Origin: Podarcis muralis
Taxonomy: Eukaryota
Length of the DNA stretch: 64,000 nt
Assembly (NCBI RefSeq): GCF_964188315.1
Contig: NC_135670.1
Span: 6,572,001 to 6,636,000 of the forward strand
Direction: 5' to 3'
Part shown: positions 36,241-47,916 of the stretch, piece by piece
Layout: each line of letters starts with the position of its first letter
How positions within the stretch are numbered: position 1 is the stretch's first letter
Translations under genes and position numbers: made by a program
The notes under the pieces: model-generated
Database searches by the model: none
What the model was told of the DNA's origin: nothing
What the model saw: only the letters and a program-made list of their open reading frames with translations

Positions 36241-37650
36241 ACTTTTCTGCATCATAGCACTGGCTTTCTGGTTTTTCTTTTATGTGGCAGCACAATCCTA
36301 TATCCGTCTACCAAGAAATAAGTTCCTTTCAATACAGTCCAATGCAACTTACTCAAAAGTTAGTCGTTTCAGGGTGACAACCTTAAGAACATAACACATA
36401 TCCTCTTGGACTGGTTCAAGCACCCACCATCCTGTTAACAGTGCAGCAAGTATTACCAGAACTTGCCCCCAAATATCATCAGAACCCTTGGATTTTGGAG
36501 GAGGTGTAGGAGATATCACGGGGTTACTTACCAACAGAGAATATTGATAAGGCATAGAACCAAGAAATCCAGAGAGAAGCATCACTGTTATTTTGCTCAG
36601 CAATAGGGGGGAATTTCAAATCTGGGTTTGAGGAACAGTTAATGAACATTCCATTCATTTCTTAGATTCTGTAGAAGAAATTGATTTCCTGACACCAAAT
36701 ATCTATAAAAATTGACCACTGGTTTTTTTTAGTCTCAAAGGATTTAACCAATTGTTCTAGTACCTCTGGTGTCTTAGATGCTAGGAAGGCTGCCAAAGGC
36801 CTGAGAGAAGAGGAATGTTCTTGCCTGGCACTTAAAGATATGTAATGAAGGCATCTATTGAACCTCCTTGGGAGAGCAGTCCAAAAACAGAGAACCACAA
36901 AAGAAAATGAACATTTTCTTGTTGCTGTCCTTCAGACCTCTCATGGAGGAGGTACCTGAAGAAGGGTCTCAGATGGTGATCACAGGGACTGGGTCAGTTC
37001 ATATGGGCAGAGGTGGTCCTTGAGACAAACTTGGTTCTCCAGCTCTTTGGGACTACAATTCCCATCATCCCTGACCACTGGTCCTATTAGCTAGTAGTAG
37101 TAATAATAGTAATTATAATTATAATTATAATTATAATTATAATTATAATTTATTTATACCCCGCCCATCTGGCTGGGTTTCCCCAGCCACTCTGGGCTAC
37201 TTCCAACAGAATATTAAAATACAATAGTCTGTTTAACATTATTTGTAGTCCCAAAACAGCTGGAGGGCCAAGTCTGGCCATCACTGGGTTAGGCTATTGC
37301 TGTTCAGATAGGAGCACAGCTGGCTCACCAGCCAAATCTGATGGAAGGGACTCCATGCCACCGAGGCCAACTGAACCTCAAGTGACAGCAGTGGAACCAG
37401 AAGGACACCCCAAGCTACATGTCTGTTCCTTCAGGGGCTATGTAACCCCATCAAGAGCAGGCCACCTCCCATCTATCCAGTCTATGGAGCACCCACTAAC
37501 TGTACCTCAGTCTTATCTGGACTGAGCTTCAGTTTGTTGGCTCTCATCCAGTCCATTACCAAGGAAGAAAACTGCCCAGCACATCCACGGACAAGCCTTG
37601 AGATATAAAAGAGAAGTAGAGCTGTGTGCCATCAGCATATTGCTGATGAC

Positions 37651-38035
37651 CAGGGCTGTCTTAAGCATATTCGGCGCTGTGATGCAAAGCTCCCTCTGTG
37701 CCCCGCCCCCGTTCCCCGGAGTTGTCAACCTTTTTTCAGGGAGGATGGCACTGCAGGAGGTGGGCAGTGGCTGGAGGGCGGCTCCTCCAGTGGGGAAGAG
37801 CCGGAGGCTGGACTTGGCGCCTTCTGGCTCAGCTGGCCACTTCATGCCACGGTGGGCATGGCAGGCAGAGGCTCTGGATGCAGCGCTGCTTCAGCACAGC
37901 ATGGCGGAGGCGGGAGAGGGCGGAGAGCTGATGCTGGGAGGCACCACATCCAGACTCTGCCTCTTCCCTGGCAACCTCCAGAACATGGCGCCCTGGCACC
38001 CCTCACCACTAGCCTCTATGGGTAAGATGCCACTG
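37651..38035. mobile_element. GC-rich hAT-like MITE (arm partner 43502-43870)
   Basis: TIR cagggctgtctta/taagatgccactg. Confidence 0.6.
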
Positions 38036-39847
38036 CTGTCGATATACGCCAAAACTCCAGATAACCCCACTCAGCAGTTTCATTTGGATGTTAAACAGCA
38101 TGAGGGATAAAATCAAATTCTTCATGGGTCTCATAGAGCCAAAGAGCACTCCCCAAGCATCACCTACTGGAGGTCCAAGTTGGACCGGAACCACTGCAGT
38201 ACAGTGCCACGCACACTTAACTTAGGCTGGATCTAGACACATCAAAGAAGCGTTTCCGTGAAACCTGTTGCAAACTTTGCATGAGAAATTGGGTTGGCAA
38301 AAATAGGACTCCCCAGCGCCATCTGGTGTCACAGTGTTAGAGTGCATAAACAACGCTTATAAAGCGCTTTTTCTTTGCCAGTGTAGCTGAGTCCCTTAGA
38401 CAAGCATTTTTCAGAACAGCAGCTTTCATGACACATGAAGGAAGATAATGACACGATAAAATTCAAAACAGTAACTATTAATGACACAGCTGTATGGAAA
38501 ATGCATCTGGAAGACAAAATGTATTGAGGAGCTAGTGATGTGACACGGAGCCCTTCCTGCCTCTGTTCCTTTCCCCCTCCCTCGCTCTTGTTAAGTATTT
38601 TGATGGTGTGAGAACAGTCTTTAATGTCCTGAGAAAGTTAGAAGGAGGTGAAGCCCTGCCCCCCAGCTGCCTTAATAAGTTGTGGAGGATAACAGCTGGG
38701 CCCCTTCTTTGATGTTGGACATTGTTTTGAGGAAGTTAGGCAATGGGAGGTGGTGGCTATCTATAAAATTGGGTGGTTGGGGCAGAGTTTTTTTTGAAGC
38801 TCGTGCATGGACTGATTGGCTGCAGAGCCGTGCAAACTGAGGCTACCTGGAGGAGTCACTTCACTGCTTCTTGAGGGCTTCCAAGTGGCAGATTGAAGTG
38901 CTTGCTTGCTGTTTTAGGATAAAATCTTTTAATCTTCTCACTCACTTTTGTAGTTTGCATTGCTTCTGAGTCGCATTTTAAAAGAACCACTTTCCCTTTG
39001 GCAAGACAACAGCCTTTCAAAATCCTATTAAAACTATTTAGTTTAATTAATTCAACAACATTTATGAACTTGATCCAGGGATACCAGCTTTTTACAACCT
39101 GGTAATTACATCTCCAATGCCCCTCTGCTACCCGCTTGCCTTTTAGCACCTCCCTGGATTACCCCACTGCCTCCCTTGGGGTGATTCCACTCACTTTGGG
39201 AGTTATTGCTTTAGCATTGCAAGTTAGTAATTCTAACACTTGGAACAAAGAGATGGGATGTTTGTGCTTGGCTTGCTAGGGATGCAACTTTAGAATATAT
39301 GAAAGTGTACTGTAGCCTGTGTGAGAACTGGTCAAGCCTGGAACCACCTACCCAACCTCCATCTTACTTGCCTGAGGCTGCAGTCCTAACCCTGCTTACC
39401 TGGCAGTAAGCCCCATTGAATTCAATAGGACTCAGATTGATTTGGTTAGGGCTTTGCTGTAATTGAGATCAAGGCTGACCCTGATCTTAGACAAAGGATG
39501 TGAAAGCTGAGGTCCTCCAGCTATTGAATAGCTACATATAGTACCCACCAGTCCCAGCAAGTATGACTGTTGGTCTGGGGCTGATGAGAGCTGTGGTCCA
39601 ATGACATCTCGTTGGCTGCAGGTGCCTTAGACAAAAACAGTTACACCCAAAGGAGGCTGTTACAGAGGTATATCTGTACCATTATCCTTCAGGTCAATTT
39701 GGTTTATGGGCCAAAGAGGTGAGGCCTTTTCTATGATTCTCCCAAATGATGGAATACAATTTCCATTGAAATGAGAATTGTCTCAGCAGTGCATATTTTT
39801 TAAAATAAAGCAGGTTTTAATTGGTATTGTTTTGAGTTACCTTTTCA

Positions 39848-40285
39848 TAGAATCATAGAATTGTAGAGTTGGAAGAGACCCCTATGGTCATCTAGTCCAA
39901 CCCCCTAAAGCATCCATGACAGATGGCCAACCAACGTCTGCTTCAAAACCTCCAAGGAAGGAGAGTCCACAACCTCCTGTGTGAGACTGTTTCACAGTCA
40001 AACAGCTCCTACTGTCAGAAAGTACTTCCTGATGTTTAGTTGGAATCTCCTTTATTTTAACTTGAAGCCATTGGTTGAAGTCCTACCCACAAGAGCAAGA
40101 GAAAAACAAGTTTGTTCCCTCTTCCATGTGAAAACCCTTGAGATATTTGAAGAGGGCTGTCATATCTCATTCTCCTCTTTTCCAAGCTAAACATGCCCAG
40201 CTCCGTCAACCATTCTTCATAAAGCTTGCTTTTCAGACTCTTGATCATCTTGGTTGCCCACCTCTGCACACATTCCAGCTTTTTC
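39848..40285 (-). mobile_element. CR1 LINE 3' end
   Basis: atagaatcatagaattgtagagttgg 3' end; KLECVQRWATKMIKSL...GMFSLEKRR motif. Confidence 0.8.
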
Positions 40286-40524
40286 TTGAGGAAAGGGCTG
40301 TAGCTCAGTTGTAGAACATCTGCTTTGTATGCCAAAGCTCCCAGGATCAATCCCTATCATCCCTAGGGAGTGCTAGGAAAAGGACTCCTATCTCAAACCC
40401 TGGGAGATGCTACAGCCAATGTAGACTATACTGAGTTAGGTATACCAGTGGCCTGATTTTGTACAAGGCAGTTTCTTAATTATCTAACTGGGGTTATTTA
40501 AGGCTGGGTTTATTTAAATGGTTA

Positions 40525-40881
40525 AAGGTAAAGGTAAAGGGACCCCTGACCATTAGGTCCAGTCATGACCGACTCTGGGGTTGCGGCACTCATCTCGCTT
40601 TATTGGGCAAGGGAGCCAGCGTACAGCTTCCGGGTCATGTGGCCAGCATGACTAAGCCGCTTCTGGCGAACCAGAGCAGCGCACAGAAACGTCGTTTACC
40701 TTCCCGCCAGAGTGGTACCTATTTATCTACTTGCACTTTGACATGCTTTCGAGCTGCTAGGTGGGCAGGAGCAGGGACTGAGCAACGGGAGCTCACCCCG
40801 TCACGGGGATTTGAACCGCTGACCTTCTGATTGGCAAGTCCTAGGCTCTGTGGTTTAACCCACAGCGCCAGCAGCATCCCC
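40525..40881 (+). mobile_element. Sauria SINE
   Basis: 13-bp TSD atttaaatggtta at 40512-40524 and 40882-40894. Confidence 0.9.
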
Positions 40882-41513
40882 ATTTAAATGGTTAGTTGTT
40901 TTTAAATGCCGAACTTTTATTTGCTGGAATGCATGTCGATTTTTTTGTGTCTCTTATTTGCTTTAAAGAATTCTTGAGCTTTTCTCATATGGTAGCCTGA
41001 TATGTTTGTTTTAAATGGTATTTCCTGCTTATCTCCTCTCGTAGTATTAGAACTTGGGGCCATCCAATGAAGTTGAATGTCAGAAGATCCAGGACAGAAA
41101 AAAAATCAATGACTTCTTCAAATAGGGCATAATTAAACTACAAAATTCTTTCACACAATGGTTAAGATAAGAGATGGCCAGTAAACTGGATGGCTCTAAG
41201 ACAGGATTAGACAAATTCATAGAGGAGAAGGCTATCTGTGACTACCAGCCATTATGTCTATGGCCTCTTTCCACTGTTGGGGGTAGCCTATCTCTGGATA
41301 CCAGTTGCTTGGAATCACAAGTGGGGAATGTTGCTGTTGCACTTATGACATGCTTGTGAGCTTCCCATTGGGTCAACTGTTTGGCCTGTGTGAGAACAGG
41401 GTCATTGACTAGATGAACTAGATCCATCAGACCTGCCCTTATCTCCTTGTAAGAAATGTTCCCCCAAGTACAACTTGCATGGAAGTGTATGCTTGCAGTG
41501 ATAAAAAAATTAA

Positions 41514-42402
41514 TGTCGCAATGAGGCACCAAACGAAGAGAGTTGATTCAGAATGAACTTTAATGACCACTCCCCGCTTAAAACGGGGGGCGCACTTTGC
41601 GTGGACGCGCGCAGCCCCTAGATCTGGAGCGGCTCCAACAGCATAGGCTTGGTTTGCCTTCCCTCAGGTGGGATACCCGGAGGTCTCCGCCTACCTCAGT
41701 CAGTTGTCCAATCCCACCTGGGGGAAGCGTTGCCAAGGAGACCAGGCCAGGTGGGGGAGGGATTACCTTCCCACACAATAGAGGGAGGATCTTACCTGGG
41801 AATCCTCACTTGGCTCCAGAGCTTCTCCCACCCTACCCACCCTCAGTTAATGTCTTATTTGCAGGTTAACTTTTCTTCACAGGTTTTGCAGGTTAACTTT
41901 TCTTCACAAGTATGCGGGCGCTGCTACGTTAAGGTCGCTGTTAAAGGGCCGGAAAGGAATTTCCCTGCATTGGCAGGTTTCGCCTTTCCCGTAGCAAAAC
42001 GTCACAACTTTGGCGGTATCAGGCCTTGGGCGGAATCCTTTAGTCCATCTTCCTCTTTGCGGCAGCGATACCAGGGTTCCCCGTTAAAGGGGTTTCTGAA
42101 GGGAGGCTTTGGCCGTACGCCGAAAGGTCATCATTGCTCTCCCCTGCGGCGGCGGCTATCTCTGCTTGAACATATGTTCTCCAGAACCGGCCCATCCCCC
42201 CCACACACACTGGATAACCCTGATGCTCCCTAGGTCCCCGGCTGGGGACTGGGGAGGGAGAACGCCCAATGCCTGAGCCAAGGTCTACCCACGTTTGAAA
42301 TTTAATAAAGTTGTGGCCAATTTAATCCCATAGCATGTTGTCATGAGTCGTTATTCCACATGACGGGGGGACCGCGCGGGATCTGGGGACTCCACTTGTC
42401 CA
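41514..42402 (+). mobile_element. Putative solo LTR (ends unresolved)
   Basis: CpG-rich island; aataaagttgtggccaa at 42304-42320 is identical to 58821-58837; possible TG...CA ends. Confidence 0.45.
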
Positions 42403-42710
42403 TGCAATGGAAATATGAAAAGCTTCAAGCAAGCAATTGTAAAAGAAGCAGGACAGGAACAAGGCAAAGGCACACAGTATACAATGTGGCTTTGAACTTC
42501 TTCTTGGTCTGGAGGCTTTCGGGACACATAGTGGGAAAGCAGGAGAAAGAAAAGATGGCAGAGACTGCTGTTGGCTTAGATGACGGTCCCAGAAATTCAG
42601 ATTTTCCAGAATCCAAGGTGAGATGCTTAATAATGGATAGGCATGATCTTCACCCATTCAGGGTCATTCAAATCATCACCACACAGATTTTCTTCAGAAG
42701 TTCAATAGGC

Positions 42711-42830
42711 CTAAAAGCACACGCTGCCACGACGCCCCTGCAGAGCCCTCCTTCCAAAGAGCCCACCCCTCCTCAGACCATAGCCCCAAGAGCTTCCAAG
42801 GAGGCCATCCCCATAGCCCCACCCACCATG
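42711..42830 (-). pseudogene. Orphan CBP C-terminal fragment (G7/G8-type tail)
   Basis: Translates HGGWGYGDGLLGSSWGYGLRRGGLFGRRALQGRRGSVCF*, aligning to the G7 tail. The post-stop gcctattgaactt resembles G7/G8 gccaattaaacct. In-frame stop upstream; no start or core. Confidence 0.85.
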
Positions 42831-42961
42831 GTCAGGTTACATTTACCTTTACGTAATTAATAGTTACTGTTTTGAATTTTATCATGTCATTATCTTCCTT
42901 CATGTGTCATGAAAACTGCTGTTGATTCATATGCTGTTGTGGGGGATAGATCATTGTCTTA

Positions 42962-43193
42962 TTATGTATGGCCACCTCATGAGAAGAGAAGACTCCCTGG
43001 AAAAGACCCTAATGTTGGGAAAGATTGAGGGCACACGGAGAAGGGGACGACAGAGGACGAGATGGTGGGACAGTGTTCTCGAAGCTACCAACATGAGTCT
43101 GACCAAGCTGCGGGAGGCAGTGGGAGGCAGGAGTGCCTGGCGTGCTCTGGTCCATGAGGTCACGAAGAGTCGGACACGACTAAACAACAACAA
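42962..43193 (+). mobile_element. RTE-BovB 3' fragment
   Basis: GHLMRREDSLEKTLMLGKIEGTRRRGRQRTRW...TKSRTRLN with a (aac)n tail; absent from the G5 arm. Confidence 0.85.
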
Positions 43194-43904
43194 TGCATTC
43201 TAACACTGTGACACCAGATGGCGCTGTGGAGTCCTGTTTTTGCCAACCCAATTTCTCATGCAAAGTTTGCAACGGGTTTCACGGAAACGCTTCTTTGATG
43301 TGTCTAGATCCAGCCTAAGTTAAGTGTGAGTGGCACTGTTCTGCAGTGGTTCCTGTCCTACTTAGACTTACAGTAGCTGATGCTTGGGGAGTGCTCTTTG
43401 GCTCTGTGAGGTCCATGAAGGGTTTGATTTTATCCCTCATGCTGTTTAATATCCACATGAAACTGCTGAGTGGGGTTATCTGAAGTTTTGGACATCGTCA
43501 GCAGGGGCGTCTTACCCTTAGAGGCTAGTAGTGCAGGACGCCAGGGTGCCAAGTTCTGGAGGGCACCAGGGAAGAGGCGGTGGCTGGACACAGTGCCTCC
43601 CCACATCAGTTCGCCGCCCTCGCCCAAAACAGTGCCGTGCTCGGAGCCTCCGCCTGGCGTGGCCACCTTGGCACGAAGCAGCCAGCTGAGCGGGGAGGCA
43701 CTGCGTCCAGCCTCCGCCTCTTCCCTGCCGGAGGAGCAGCCCTCCAGCCACTGCCCACCTCCTCCAGCCCCGCCAGCAGCGCTGTCCTCCCCCCCAAAAA
43801 GGTCGACAATGGGGGTGGGTGCCAGGGGGAGCCTTGCACCACGGCACCGAATATGCTTAAGACAGCTCTACTTCTCTTTTATATCTCAAGGCTTGTCCGT
43901 GGAT

Positions 43905-44680
43905 GTGCTGGGCAGTTTTCTTCCTTGGTAATGGACTGGATGAGAGCCAACAAACTGAAGCTCAGTCCAGATAAGACTGAGGTACAGTTAGTGGGTGCTC
44001 CATAGACTGGATAGATAGGAGGTGGCCTGCTCTTGATGGGGTTACATAGCCCCTGAAGGAACAGACATGTAGCTTGGGGTGTCCTTCTGGTTCCACTGCT
44101 GTCACTTGAGGTTCAGTTGGCCATGGTGGCATGGAGTCCCTTCCATCAGATTTGGCTGGTGAGCCTGCTGTGCTCCTATCTGAACAGCGATAGCCTAACC
44201 CAGTGATGGCCAAACTTGGCCCTCCAGCTGTTTTGGGACTACAACTCCTATGATCCCTAGCTAACAGGACCAGTGGTGAGGGATGATGGGAATGGTAGTC
44301 CCAAACCTTGAGGGCCAAGTTTGGCCATCATTGGCCTAACCTCTGTTGCCTCTACCACTAGGTTAGATCACTGCAATGCATTGTATGTGAAGCTGCCTCT
44401 GAAAACAGTTCAGAAACATTGGCTGGTGCAGAATTTGGTGGCTGGGTTGCTCACTGGGGCAGGACAGTTTGAGCATATAACACCAATCCTGGCCTGACTC
44501 CACTGGCTGCTAATTAGTTTCCTGACCCAATAAAGCCTTAAATGGCTCAGGACTGCAATATCTCAAGGACCAGCGCTGCCCATATGAACTGACCCAGTCC
44601 ATGTGATCACCATCTGAGACCCTTCTTCAGGTCCCTCCTCCATGAGAGGTCTGAAGGACAGCAACAAGAAAATGGTCATT
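43905..44680 (+). mobile_element. L2 LINE 3' fragment with a nested hAT MITE (44201-44333)
   Basis: MDWMRANKLKLSPDKTEV motif; the MITE has 8-bp TSD gcctaacc. Confidence 0.75.
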
Positions 44681-45358
44681 TTCTTTTCTGGTTCTCTGTT
44701 TTTGGACTGCTCTCCCCAAGGAGGTTCAATAGATGCTTTCATTACATATCTTTAAGTGCCAGGCAAGAACATTCCTCTTCTCTCAGGCCTTTGGCAGCCT
44801 TCCTAGCATCTAAGACACCAGAGGTACTAGAACAATTGGTTAAATCCTTTGAGACTAAAAAAAACCAGTGGTCAATTTTTATAGATATTTGGTGTCAGGA
44901 AATCAATTCGATATACAGAATCTAAGAAATGAATGGAATGTTCATTAACTGTTCCTCAAATCCAGATTTGAATTTTCCCGCTATTGCTGAGCAGACCATC
45001 TTAAAACAACAGTGATGCTTCTCTCTGGATTTCTTGGTTCTATGCCTTATCAATATTCTCTGTTGGTAAGTAACCCCGTGATATCTCCTACACCTCCTCC
45101 AAAATCCAAGGGTTCTGATGATATCTAGGTGGCAAGTTCTGGAAATACTTGCTGCACTGTTAACAGGATGGTGGGTGCTTGAACCAGTCCAAGAGGATAT
45201 GTGTTATGTTCTTAAGGTTGTCACCCTGAAACGACTTACTTTTGAGTAAGTTCCATTGAACTGTATTGAAAGGAACTTATTTCTTGATACACATGTATGG
45301 CATTGTGCTGCCACATAAAAGGAAAACCAGAAAGCCAGTGCTATGATGCAGAAAAAGT

Positions 45359-45364
45359 TTTATT
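45359..45364 (-). terminator. G6 polyadenylation signal
   Basis: Same context as in G4 and G5. Confidence 0.75.
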
Positions 45365-45869
45365 GGGAATTTCAAACAGTAAAAGTATTCAAGTGAATAC
45401 TAAGCATACTGGAAGACAATAAAGCAAAAAAGAACACATTCCAGTGAACAGCTTCTCCTTTAGAATTATTTTTTTCAGGTTGGAGGTAGAGTAGAGGGTC
45501 CTACATTTATAGAACATTCTTTCCACCTTCCTTTACATTAAGTCCCAATTACACATATTTACACTTGCATGCTAATTTCATAGACATAGTGAATGGATCT
45601 TGTGCTTTTCTTCCCAATGCGAACTGGTGTGTTTCAAAGAGACGTAGGCAAATAAATATCATAGTAACAAGCAGGGGAAAGTAAGATAAAATTAAACTGG
45701 AAACAGCTACATGTTCTAGATGGGCCTGATTACAAGGGATGCAGAACACTCTCCCAGCTGCCATTGGGACTGCCTAGGGAGTTTGGGTGCTCAGCATACC
45801 TAAAATCAGACCAAAATAGTCCACCACAGATCTCTTTTTCTTTCCTCCTTCTTGACAGACCGTGAGAGC

Positions 45870-46337
45870 TTAGCAGGGGGTATAGCAGATGCTGCCTCTA
45901 CGCCCCACATACCCATAACGGCCACGGCCCCCCCAAGCACCAGAGCTAGACCCCAGAAGACCTGCACCACCATAGAGCCCTCTGCCAAATCCGCTGCCAA
46001 ATCCAGATCCATAACCACCAGCAGCACATGGGGTGTTGCCTCCGACAGACACAGGCTCACAACTGGCAGAGAGGATGGGTCCTGGGATGGTCAGGACGAT
46101 AGGAGGTGGCTGGACCACAACCTCTGCTGGTGGGATCTGGTTGACGCATGATGGGGCAACTCCTGCCAGGACTCCAAGGTTGCTTGCTCTTTCAGCACCT
46201 CCATAACCATAGCCGAGACCTCCGTAGCCGTAGCCGAGACCTCCATATCCATTGCCAAGACCTCCTGCTGATCCAAACCCAACAGTGGGAGTGGAAGCAC
46301 AGGATGGGACAGCGCAGGATGGACCACAGTCAGCCAT
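45870..46337 (-). CDS. Corneous beta-protein G6, 155 aa, chimeric
   Basis: N-terminus MADCG...GGAERASNLGVL is like G7/G8; tail GGYGSGF...RRGSICYTPC is like G4/G5. Acceptor AG at 46356-46357 (minus). Confidence 0.95.
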   Translation of the reverse strand: MADCGPSCAVPSCASTPTVGFGSAGGLGNGYGGLGYGYGGLGYGYGGAERASNLGVLAGVAPSCVNQIPPAEVVVQPPPIVLTIPGPILSASCEPVSVGGNTPCAAGGYGSGFGSGFGRGLYGGAGLLGSSSGAWGGRGRYGYVGRRGSICYTPC

Positions 46338-47184
46338 TGTTGTGTAGAGGTGAGTCTGAAACCAAGAAGACCATGGGACAAAATGAACATGTGGAATGCT
46401 ACTTCAATAGGGAACAGAGGGGACATTTAAATCAGCTGCCTTTGACAGTTCTAACGCTATGCCCTAATGCTTGGGTTCTTTATTGTCTTCTCTTTCTTTC
46501 ACCACAGCCCTTCTCTTCATTGTGGGTCCCAAATCCAAATACTGGTAGATCCAGGAATGTCTGAGAACGTCCTCTATCTGAAACTCTGGAGAATAGTTTC
46601 CAGTCAGTGAGGACAATACTGAACTAGGAGGTCCAATGGTCTGTCTTGGTAAAAAGCAACTCTCTAAGTTTCTATTTAAACCAGACCTTTAGCTGGAACA
46701 ACGAATGCAGGAATTTTTTTTCTTTCCTAGAGGAAGGGCCATTACTCACTGGCAGAACATATGCTTTGTATTCGATCCCTGGAATCTGCAGGTTGGGCTG
46801 GGAAAGAATCTCTCATCTGAAACCCTGGAGAGCCTCAGTCGGTCAGAAGAGACAATACTGAACTAGATGGATCAATTTTAAGGCAGCTTCCAATATTATT
46901 ACTTTCTTCATCTGCCAAATCTTCCATGAAGAACAAATGTATATTAGCCTATGCAATTAATACTCCCTTATGCTGTTTTTTTTTAATCTTCCTGATTGAA
47001 TTTTTGCTAAGGTTACATTGCTGGGGAAATCTGAAAAACATTCCGTGGAATGCTGTCTTGTGTCTCAAGCCCAATGCATGGAGAGTCATTAAGGCTAAAT
47101 TTGTACTTTACAATGAGGAAAGCTGGATTTGCAAAACTTGTGATAGAATAAGACTCTCTCACCAGGAAAACAAAAATGTCTAGT

Positions 47185-47359
47185 NNNNNNNNNNNNNNNN
47201 NNNNNNNNNNNNNNNNNNNNNNNNNNNNNNNNNNNNNNNNNNNNNNNNNNNNNNNNNNNNNNNNNNNNNNNNNNNNNNNNNNNNNNNNNNNNNNNNNNNN
47301 NNNNNNNNNNNNNNNNNNNNNNNNNNNNNNNNNNNNNNNNNNNNNNNNNNNNNNNNNNN
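47185..47359. other. Assembly gap (175 N) inside the inferred G6 intron
   Basis: Run of N. Confidence 1.
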
Positions 47360-47916
47360 TGGCTGAGTTTCCCCAGCCACTCTGGGCAGCTCCCAATGGA
47401 GTGTTAAAAACAATACAGCATTAAATATTAAAAACTTCCCTAAACAGGGCTGCCTTCAGATGTCTTTTAAAAATAAGATAGCTGCTTATTTCCTTGGCAT
47501 CTGATGGGAGGGCGTTCCACAGGGCGGGCGCCACTACTGAGAAGGCCCTCTGCCTGGTTCCCTGTAACCCCACTTCTCGCAATCAGGGGAATTGCCAGAA
47601 GGCCCTTGGAGCTAGATCTCAGTGTCCGGGCTGAACAATGGGGGTGGAGAGGGCTATAGTGAATTGTTAGAGCATCTTCTTTGCATGCAGAAGGCCCTGA
47701 CTTCACTCCCCAGCATCTCCAGGTAAGGTTTGGAAGAAAAACCTTCCTTGAAGCCCTGGAGAACTGCAGCCAGTCAAACATTACAGTGCTGGATGGATGA
47801 ACACTCTGGTCTTGGTGTAAGGCAACTTCCTAAAACGTTTGTGTTCAGAAGAAATACATAGAAAATAAGTCAGCCAACAAAATGGAGGATGGAGGATTCC
47901 TGATGGAATAGCAACA

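Larger units (their letters stand above)
35567..38482 (+). repeat. Inverted repeat C, left arm (partner 42855-46020)
   Basis: The G5 tail, 3' UTR and flank are the reverse complement of the G6 tail and flank, including shared L2 and MITE insertions. Confidence 0.9.
42855..46020 (-). repeat. Inverted repeat C, right arm
   Basis: Reverse complement of 35567-38482, with an extra BovB fragment and a longer L2 segment. Confidence 0.9.

Noticed and set aside
40295-40480. tRNA-like heads (gggctgtagctcag...), also near 32610, 33790, 34215, 46730, 47655 and 52010
   Set aside because: Degenerate, no complete cloverleaf, and followed by a shared repeat body; these are SINE heads, not tRNA genes.
47013-47424. 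ORFs spanning N runs (also 63346-63917)
   Set aside because: Artefacts of assembly gaps.
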